Shown in pieces: positions 9,293-16,172 of a stretch of 36,014 nucleotides of DNA (positions are counted from its first letter, which is position 1; every line of letters begins with the position of its first letter). Position numbers and translations under genes: made by a program. The DNA is from an uncultured Candidatus Saccharibacteria bacterium (GTDB taxonomy: Bacteria > Patescibacteriota > Minisyncoccia > UBA6257 > 1-14-0-10-40-38), in contig CAYSWC010000001.1 of NCBI GenBank assembly GCA_964434715.1, positions 101,037 to 137,050 on the forward strand, given 5' to 3'. Under the pieces are notes generated by a model. The model ran no database searches, was not told the origin of the DNA, and saw nothing but the letters and a program-made list of their open reading frames with translations.

Positions 9293-9810
9293 ATTAAATC
9301 ATCTATCTCAAGACCGTGGGCTTTAAGAAGCAATTCTGCGACTTCGCGGACCGCATGATTCCCGCCGAGGGAACGAGTGGTATAATCGGCAACTTGCTTT
9401 ACCGCCGGATGAGCGTCGCCAACAGCAATCGCCAGCCCGACATAATTTAAAACTTTGATATCGTTTAAGTCGTCACCGATATAAGCAACCGTCTCTCGGG
9501 CCAATTGTTTCTCCCGAAGAAGCTGTTTTAGAATTCCAAGCTTGCTGGAACTGCTTTCAAGGCCCTGCCAATAAGGAATGCGGAGCTTGCGGCAACGAGC
9601 CGAGACTACCGGATTTTTTTCTTTAGAGAGGACGCCAACCAAAAAACCGTGTTTTTTGAGGAGCTCAATACCCAAACCGTCTTTGCGACTGGCACGCACC
9701 GTCTCCCGGCCGTTTTGATCTACATAGACAAAACCATCGGTCATCACGCCGTCAAAATCCATAACCAGCAGTTTAATATTCCTAAATTTATTTTTCAGCT
9801 TTAAATTCAT
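9289..9810 (-). CDS. KdsC (YrbI)-family HAD phosphatase; candidate nonulosonate-9-phosphate phosphatase
   Basis: 173 aa. Motifs are VMDFDGVMTDG (DxDGV nucleophile), KLGILKQL, AYIGDDLNDI and GGNHAVREVAELLL. There are ATGA overlaps with both neighbours. Confidence 0.85.
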   Translation of the reverse strand: MNLKLKNKFRNIKLLVMDFDGVMTDGFVYVDQNGRETVRASRKDGLGIELLKKHGFLVGVLSKEKNPVVSARCRKLRIPYWQGLESSSSKLGILKQLLREKQLARETVAYIGDDLNDIKVLNYVGLAIAVGDAHPAVKQVADYTTRSLGGNHAVREVAELLLKAHGLEIDDLI

Positions 9811-12170
9811 CTCTTTGCAAAAATCAAACTCGGCTTAAATAAACTCCAATAGTCATAAACGAACTCTACCTTATGTTCTCCTCTTGGAACAAAAATTCCC
9901 GGAAAAACGGAATTGACCTTATAAATCTCGGTTTCCTGCCCGTCAATAAAGGCGCGCCAGCCGGGAAGGTAATTTTGGGTGAATATCATAAATTCATCGG
10001 TTGCGAGAGAAGTATTGACAACCACCCGGCCATTCTCTTCTAAGATTATTTCCGCTTTTCCTTCGCCGCTAAACTCTTTATTATCGCAATCGGAACATTC
10101 CACAAATATATCTTTAAAACCGCCGGCTTTAAAGGCCTGATAAGCCAAATCGCTGTTTTCCCTAAAACCGGAAATTTTAGTGAAGTAAGCGAGCGGCCGC
10201 GGGGAAGGAATTTCGTAAATCGTAATGGGCATAGGCGGCAAACCCTGGCCCATGATGTTTAGTGCCCAGCGGGCGCGTCGGGGCAACTCTACGCTAAATT
10301 CTTCAAGATTGAAAGCTGAAAGCACATACCGGATGCCTAAAAAACTTAATAAAGGCAACCGCTCTTTAAGTAATTCATATCTCACTTTAGGAGAAGAATC
10401 AGTTACTTCAATAACGACTACGGATTCCTTCGAGCCTTGGGCGGGAATTTCTTTTGTTACTTCACTGGTTACATAAATTTTATTTAATTTCTCTTCGCCG
10501 CCGGTAGTAACCAACTGTCGGGTTCCCAAGAGCGCCATCATTCTTCCCATAGAAATATTCATAAGCGGTTCATTGGCTTCCAAATTCGCCACCGGCATCA
10601 AAAGCTGCATATTGGGGAAATAAGTTTCCCTTAAAAGCTTAAAAAAATATTCGGCTTCTGCCGCCGGCGGAGCCGATTTTTCAAACCACTGCTGAAAATA
10701 GGCATCATCCCAGTCGTCAACAAAAAGAGGCAAAATTCTGCCGGGATTTTGTCCTAGAAATTCAAGCGTCGCCGGCTTTACGTCATAATCCGCCCGAGCT
10801 GTCTCTTGGGGCGCGTAAAAAGCGCGCAAGGCGTAAATAAAATCTGCCGCGGTTATGATGACGAGTATGAAAAGCAACGCCGGCTTTTTGAGAAAAATCC
10901 TGAAAGCTAAATACGCCAAAATAAGAAACGCTCCCCCAAAAGAGACGCTAACTGCCACTGCCGGGCTCCAAAGAATGATCAAAGCAAGAAGCATTAAGCC
11001 GGCGATGGCAACGGCTATGCCGGTAAACCAGCGCTTTAAACGGTGAACCTTTGATTCTCTAATCTGTCCGACTAGATATTCAGCGCCGAATCCAACAAGA
11101 ACAGCGACTGCCAAGGCGGCGAGGATGAGAAAACGCGAGGCCCCCTGAAAATAATTAAAGACCGGGAGTTTATTGAACAGCCAAAAAAGCGGCGAGCCCT
11201 TAAAAGCGATTATCAGGGCAATCACAAACAACCACCGGAAAAACTTGGCAAAAGGATTTTTGCTCAAAAAAGATAAAACGAACAAAATCAGAGGCACAAC
11301 TCCCATATAAAGATAGGCCTCTAACCCCCTATTGGGAGTAAGGTGAAAAAAGTGCAGCAATTCTTCGAGGCCGATCGCATAGCCCTGGGCCGCTTCGTAA
11401 TCCAAACCACCGCTTCTGCCGGAAAACTGGGCGATCACGTAAGTCGGGATGATTTGAAAAAGACCGACGAGCGTACCGATTGCCCAAATCAAAAAGAAGC
11501 AGACTAACATTTTTTTTGCGGCGGTGCTGTTCCTCAAAGCCAAAAAAACGGTAAAAGCAAGACTGGCGCAAAAAATATAGACGCTGTACCAGTAACCGAT
11601 GGAGAGCCAGCTCAAACCAACGCTCGCACTAGCTCCAAGAACAGCAAAAGCCAGAAATTTGAATTTATCGCTTTTGAATATTTTGATAAGCGTCCAGAAG
11701 ATAAATATCTGACCGAATAGGCCGACAGCCATAAACACGCTCAAGGTATACCACATGCCGAAGATTAAATAACTCATGCCGCCGATCAAGGCGCCTAAAG
11801 GCCCGATCCCTAATTCTCTAAGAAAGGCGATAGCGAAAAACAAGGAAAGCGCCACGAGCATCAAGAGTGTCCAATAGTGTGCTTCAACAGGCCCAAGTAG
11901 ATACGCTAGCCAGACGGTGGGCGCGAAAGGATGCGTAATATCAACGAAATTCGGAAAACCTACGGCAAGATGAGGATTCCAAAACGGACTTTCTCCCGTA
12001 CTAAAAGCTTCTTTGTAGAAGGCGAGCTGCGGTATGAATAATTGAGTCGCATCTTGCCCGAAAACTTTACTGCCGTTTAACGCCGGCGTGAGCACAATTG
12101 CCGTGAGTACGAAAGAAAAAATAAATTGAACCCACCATTTAGACAAGTATTGTTCTAAGACGGGAATCAT
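9807..12170 (-). CDS. YfhO-like GT-C-fold membrane glycosyltransferase (paralog 1)
   Basis: 787 aa. It has a polytopic N-terminal half with GQDATQLFIPQLAFYKEAFSTGESPFWNPHLAVGFPNF. The C-terminal extracytoplasmic domain ends in QNYLPGWRAFIDGQETEIYKVNSVFPGIFVPRGEHKVEFVY, which is typical of YfhO-family C-termini. Confidence 0.72.
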   Translation of the reverse strand: MIPVLEQYLSKWWVQFIFSFVLTAIVLTPALNGSKVFGQDATQLFIPQLAFYKEAFSTGESPFWNPHLAVGFPNFVDITHPFAPTVWLAYLLGPVEAHYWTLLMLVALSLFFAIAFLRELGIGPLGALIGGMSYLIFGMWYTLSVFMAVGLFGQIFIFWTLIKIFKSDKFKFLAFAVLGASASVGLSWLSIGYWYSVYIFCASLAFTVFLALRNSTAAKKMLVCFFLIWAIGTLVGLFQIIPTYVIAQFSGRSGGLDYEAAQGYAIGLEELLHFFHLTPNRGLEAYLYMGVVPLILFVLSFLSKNPFAKFFRWLFVIALIIAFKGSPLFWLFNKLPVFNYFQGASRFLILAALAVAVLVGFGAEYLVGQIRESKVHRLKRWFTGIAVAIAGLMLLALIILWSPAVAVSVSFGGAFLILAYLAFRIFLKKPALLFILVIITAADFIYALRAFYAPQETARADYDVKPATLEFLGQNPGRILPLFVDDWDDAYFQQWFEKSAPPAAEAEYFFKLLRETYFPNMQLLMPVANLEANEPLMNISMGRMMALLGTRQLVTTGGEEKLNKIYVTSEVTKEIPAQGSKESVVVIEVTDSSPKVRYELLKERLPLLSFLGIRYVLSAFNLEEFSVELPRRARWALNIMGQGLPPMPITIYEIPSPRPLAYFTKISGFRENSDLAYQAFKAGGFKDIFVECSDCDNKEFSGEGKAEIILEENGRVVVNTSLATDEFMIFTQNYLPGWRAFIDGQETEIYKVNSVFPGIFVPRGEHKVEFVYDYWSLFKPSLIFAKR

Positions 12171-12207
12171 GTCTCTTTATTGAATAATATTATAAACACT
12201 GGGGTTG

Positions 12208-13347
12208 TTAAAAAATTTTTCTAGCCGCCTCATGAACTTTTTTAACCATATAATCTAAATTTTCTTTAGTAAGAGCAGGGTAAAGCGGCAACCGGACAAT
12301 GCTTTGACTGACTAAGTCAGTATTGGTTAATTTTGCTTTTGCCCAACCTAATTTCTTGCCTAATGGAGAAGAATGCAAAGGCACATAATGAGAGAGGGTT
12401 TTAATGCCTGCCTGTTTTAAAAATTGGATAAACTTTTCTCGTTTTTTTGGATTAACCAACAAGGCAAAAATGTGCCAGTTGGAGTCAGCGTAGGGCTTTA
12501 CCATTGGTAATTGCATTTTTGTCTTTAAATCCGCGAGTTTCCTCAATAAATATTGGGCGTGTCTTCTCCGCAGGGCGGTGATTTTATCTAATTTCCTGAA
12601 TTGGGCAATCGCCATTGCCGCCAATACGTCAGACAAGAGATAACTGCTTCCCAAACTAACCAAAGAATATTTATCAATTTCTCCTCTTATAAAGGCCGAG
12701 CGATTAGTTCCTTTTTCTCTCATAATTTCGGCTTGCCTAAAAATTTTTTCGTCATTGGTTACAAAAGCCCCGCCTTCGCCGGTAACAATATTTTTGGTGC
12801 CGTGAAAACTATAACAACCGATGTTCCCGATTGTCCCTAGGTATTTTCCTTTATACTTGGCGCCGATGGCATGACTCGCGTCTTCAATAACTTTGCAGTT
12901 GTGTTTTTTCGCTAATTTTAAAATGGCAGCCATGTCACAAGCGTGTCCGGCATAATGAACGACCATAATGGCGTGCGTCCGCGGGCTAATAGCTTTTGCG
13001 ATAGCTTCAGGATCTAAACACAAGGTTTCTTTTTCAATGTCCGCAAAAACCGGCTTAGCGCCGGCCCTTAAAATGGCGGTGGCGCCGGAGGCAAAATTAA
13101 AACTGGGCAGAATAACTTCATTCCCCTTCCCTAAACCCAAAGCCATAATCGCGAGCTCTAAGGCCGCGGTGCCGGAAGGAGTGGGTAAAACATATCGGAC
13201 TTTTAACTTTTTCTGCATTAATTCCCTTAGTTCCCGGCCGTAAAAGCTGTCACCAGTCGTTTGCCCGGATCTCATCGCGCGCACAACCAGTCGTTCTTCT
13301 TCTTTGCCTAAAAACGGCTTGTTAAACGGTATTTTATAATCAGTCAT
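12208..13347 (-). CDS. DegT/DnrJ/EryC1-family PLP sugar aminotransferase, WecE/RffA-like (dTDP-4-keto-6-deoxyhexose 4-aminotransferase)
   Basis: 379 aa. IPFNKPFLGKEE, PSGTAALELA, SFHGTKN (the PLP lysine) and REKGTNRSAFIRGEIDKYSLVSLGSSYLLSD closely match the WecE-type signature. Confidence 0.88.
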   Translation of the reverse strand: MTDYKIPFNKPFLGKEEERLVVRAMRSGQTTGDSFYGRELRELMQKKLKVRYVLPTPSGTAALELAIMALGLGKGNEVILPSFNFASGATAILRAGAKPVFADIEKETLCLDPEAIAKAISPRTHAIMVVHYAGHACDMAAILKLAKKHNCKVIEDASHAIGAKYKGKYLGTIGNIGCYSFHGTKNIVTGEGGAFVTNDEKIFRQAEIMREKGTNRSAFIRGEIDKYSLVSLGSSYLLSDVLAAMAIAQFRKLDKITALRRRHAQYLLRKLADLKTKMQLPMVKPYADSNWHIFALLVNPKKREKFIQFLKQAGIKTLSHYVPLHSSPLGKKLGWAKAKLTNTDLVSQSIVRLPLYPALTKENLDYMVKKVHEAARKIF

Positions 13348-14065
13348 AATTAATATGCTTTTTAAATCTTCGCCGAAACCTTAATAAATTAACAAAATAG
13401 TCAAAACTATCGCTCACTAGTTTAACGGTTGTTTTTTTATCAGGATTTCTAATAAATAAGACTGGCAGCGAGGAGATTTTTAATCCGTTTCGATGGGCAT
13501 AGGCGACAATTTCTGTATCCCAGAACCATCTTTGATTTTCCACTAAATCCAAAATTGGCAAAACCTTCTCTCTCAAAAAAAATTTAAATCCCGCTTCGGT
13601 GTCGTGAAACGGCAGGCCAAGCAAATGGCGGGTTAAAAAATTATAACCTCGGCTTACGATTGTCCGCGCCATAGCCTTTACACTTAGTTTGTAGATGCGG
13701 TGGGCCATGACGAAATCCGCATTGCCCACTTTTATTAAATTTACTGCCGGTAAAATATAATGGGCCGCTATCTCAAGATCAATGTCGAGGAAACCAACTA
13801 CGGGAGCGGCTGCTGCCCTAAGTCCATCAACAACAGATTGGCCACGACCATAATTTTTGTCATGAAAGATAGTTTTTATCCTTAGAGCTTTGTTCTCATT
13901 AATTATCTCCTCAATTACATTTCTCGTCCGATCTTCGCTAAAATCATCAACAAAAATAAACTCGTATTTCCACCGGGTTTGATTTAAGGTATTTTTTAAA
14001 ATGCTAAAACTTTTCTTGAGGTGCGGTGCTTCGTTATAACAAGTTATGATTAAGCTTAAGTCCAT
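13340..14065 (-). CDS. GT2 glycosyltransferase, DPM1/ArnC-like (probable polyprenyl-phosphate sugar transferase)
   Basis: 241 aa. Motifs are LSLIITCYNEAPHL, FVDDFSEDRT, GFLDIDLE and WFWDTEI. There is no C-terminal TM helix. It overlaps the aminotransferase gene by 8 nt. Confidence 0.8.
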   Translation of the reverse strand: MDLSLIITCYNEAPHLKKSFSILKNTLNQTRWKYEFIFVDDFSEDRTRNVIEEIINENKALRIKTIFHDKNYGRGQSVVDGLRAAAAPVVGFLDIDLEIAAHYILPAVNLIKVGNADFVMAHRIYKLSVKAMARTIVSRGYNFLTRHLLGLPFHDTEAGFKFFLREKVLPILDLVENQRWFWDTEIVAYAHRNGLKISSLPVLFIRNPDKKTTVKLVSDSFDYFVNLLRFRRRFKKHINYD

Positions 14066-14125
14066 GGCTCACAGAATTAATATCATATTATACTAAGCTC
14101 TTTTGGTGGGCTTATGCAAATACCA

Positions 14126-14947
14126 CTACTTTCCGCTAATCAATTCCTTAAACGTCCAGAATTTTCTGCCGTGTTTAAGAAATTCTTTCACTGCTTCTTT
14201 TGTCGGCAGGGAAAAATACGACTCGCTGGATGTCTTTTTCTGGATTGATGCGGGAACAACGTTTAATTTTAGTTGTTCAATAAGATCAGCTATCAAATCA
14301 AAACCGGCTTCAGTGCATCTAACGTAGAGAGAATGTTCGGAATCACCCCTCAAAATATCCATCTCTCTCTGCGCCACCATTGCCCCGCCGTCAATTTTTG
14401 CCGCTATTTTGTGCAGCGTGATCCCGGTTCTTGCTTCGCCTCTCGCCAGCGCCCAGAACGTCGGACTCACTCCGCGATAAGCCGGGAGGAGCGATGGATG
14501 GATATTATAGGCGCCCAGCGCGGTTTCTCTGATAAGGCGTTCTTTTAAAATTTGATTGCAGTAGACGGACAAAATCAGATCGGGCCGCACCTCATGAGCT
14601 AACCATTCTAAAAATTGCGGACTATTTATGTTCGCTGACGCTACGAATTTTTTAAGATTGGGGAGACGTAAAAATTTGTATGAATAAAATCTATGGTTTT
14701 TCGCGCGGAGCAGGCGCAGGAAGAAACTAATTAAACGGGAGAGTGTTGATTTTAAGACTTGGCTCCCAACATATCTCGCACCGGAAATTTTAAAATATTT
14801 CCAAAGCGCTCCGAATCTGCCGCGGCCTGATAATAACACTGTTGATTCTATAATCACAAAAACATCGTCGCTAAAACGGCCAAGAATTTTTTTGATCAGG
14901 AGGTTCGCGTAAATGTGATTTTTGACGGTTAAAATACAAATGCGCAT
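14126..14947 (-). CDS. Sugar N-formyltransferase (Formyl_trans_N family, ArnA-N/VioF-like)
   Basis: The ORF-track start at 14950 is a TTG, so I use the adjacent ATG at 14947. Motifs are YNIHPSLLPAYRGVSP (Asn-x-His and SLLP-x-x-RG) and IDGGAMVAQ (catalytic Asp). Confidence 0.85.
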   Translation of the reverse strand: MRICILTVKNHIYANLLIKKILGRFSDDVFVIIESTVLLSGRGRFGALWKYFKISGARYVGSQVLKSTLSRLISFFLRLLRAKNHRFYSYKFLRLPNLKKFVASANINSPQFLEWLAHEVRPDLILSVYCNQILKERLIRETALGAYNIHPSLLPAYRGVSPTFWALARGEARTGITLHKIAAKIDGGAMVAQREMDILRGDSEHSLYVRCTEAGFDLIADLIEQLKLNVVPASIQKKTSSESYFSLPTKEAVKEFLKHGRKFWTFKELISGK

Positions 14948-15118
14948 CAATAATTTCTTTTGTCTAGATTTTCTTGGCCTTTACCATCCACATGGTTTGC
15001 CAAACTGATACTGCTTTAACTATAGAAAGTCCGCAAATCTTCGCCAGGTGAGCAAGTTCCTTTTTGGAAACTACATTCACAATAGGCGGCAGATGGAATA
15101 ACTAGCTGTGTCCACTTT

Positions 15119-16153
15119 TTAATAATATTCCGCCTCAAATTGTTTTTGGTAATGATCCCAAACTTCTTTTCTGTTTAGAATTTTAGTCCACCATTCCTTG
15201 TTATTAAGATACCAATTGACAACATCTTCAATGCAATCATCAAAATGATAACGCGCCGACCAACCTAGCTCTTGCCTGATTTTCGTAGAATCCGGCGCGT
15301 AGCGATTGTCGCCGCCCGGCCTGTTCTTGGTGTGCAATTTATGCGAGTCCAGATCTTTATTCAGGGCTTTTGCCACCGCTCCTAAAACTTCAATATTCTT
15401 TCGCGAAACGTCGGAAACGTTAAAAACACTGAAATCAGGCCCTTGGTGCATAACTATATCGATAGCAGAACAGAAATCCAAAACGTGAAGCCAATTGCGA
15501 ACCTGCTCGCCAGAGCCGTGAACCGGAACTTTTCTGCCCATAATAAGATTAACGATTGCCAAGGGAATAAATTTTTCCGGATACTGAAACGGACCGAAAT
15601 TATTTGAACCTCTCACTATCAAAGCTGGCAGTTTGAAAGTGCGCATGTAGGATTGGACCAACAAATCCGCGGCCGCTTTACTGGCGGAATAGGGATTTGA
15701 TGGACAAAGAGGTGTTGTTTCGGCAGCAAACCCTTCTTTTATGTCACCGTAAACTTCGTCCGTGGAAACTTGAATAAATCTAGGCACTTTATAAGTTCGG
15801 CAGGTGTCAATTAAACTGTGTACGCCGCTAATATTGGTGTGAATAAAAGCAAAAGAATTAAAGATTGACCGATCAACGTGAGTTTCAGCGGCAAAATTAA
15901 CGACCGCCGCAAAATTATATTTGCTGAAAAGATCGGCTAAAAGATTACCGTCACAAATGTCTCCGTGGATAAATTGGTAACGCTCCGCGTCTTTAAGGTC
16001 AACAAGATTATCATTATTGCCGGCATATGTGAGGAAGTCCAGATTAAAGATTTTATATCCTGGATATTTAAAATATAAATGCCGGACGAAGTGGGAGCCA
16101 ATAAAGCCCGACCCGCCGCAAATTAGAACGTTAGTGTAGGATTTTGCTGCCAT
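15119..16153 (-). CDS. rfbB: dTDP-glucose 4,6-dehydratase
   Basis: 344 aa. Motifs are ICGGSGFIGSHF, LTYAGN, FAAETHVDRS, STDEVYGD, YSASKAAADLL, NNFGPFQYPEKFIP, GEQVRNWLHVLD and PGGDNRYA. The match to RmlB-type enzymes runs the full length. Confidence 0.9.
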   Translation of the reverse strand: MAAKSYTNVLICGGSGFIGSHFVRHLYFKYPGYKIFNLDFLTYAGNNDNLVDLKDAERYQFIHGDICDGNLLADLFSKYNFAAVVNFAAETHVDRSIFNSFAFIHTNISGVHSLIDTCRTYKVPRFIQVSTDEVYGDIKEGFAAETTPLCPSNPYSASKAAADLLVQSYMRTFKLPALIVRGSNNFGPFQYPEKFIPLAIVNLIMGRKVPVHGSGEQVRNWLHVLDFCSAIDIVMHQGPDFSVFNVSDVSRKNIEVLGAVAKALNKDLDSHKLHTKNRPGGDNRYAPDSTKIRQELGWSARYHFDDCIEDVVNWYLNNKEWWTKILNRKEVWDHYQKQFEAEYY

Positions 16154-16172
16154 TGTTTTGGATGATTTAACA

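Noticed and set aside
12208-16153. Dehydratase, aminotransferase and formyltransferase as the early steps of a pseudaminic or legionaminic acid pathway feeding the NeuB homolog
   Set aside because: The dehydratase matches RmlB (dTDP-glucose type) along its full length and does not look like PseB or LegB. The aminotransferase carries the WecE signature. No PseG, LegG or NeuC-type hydrolase or epimerase is present. I kept it as a less likely alternative, not as a finding.
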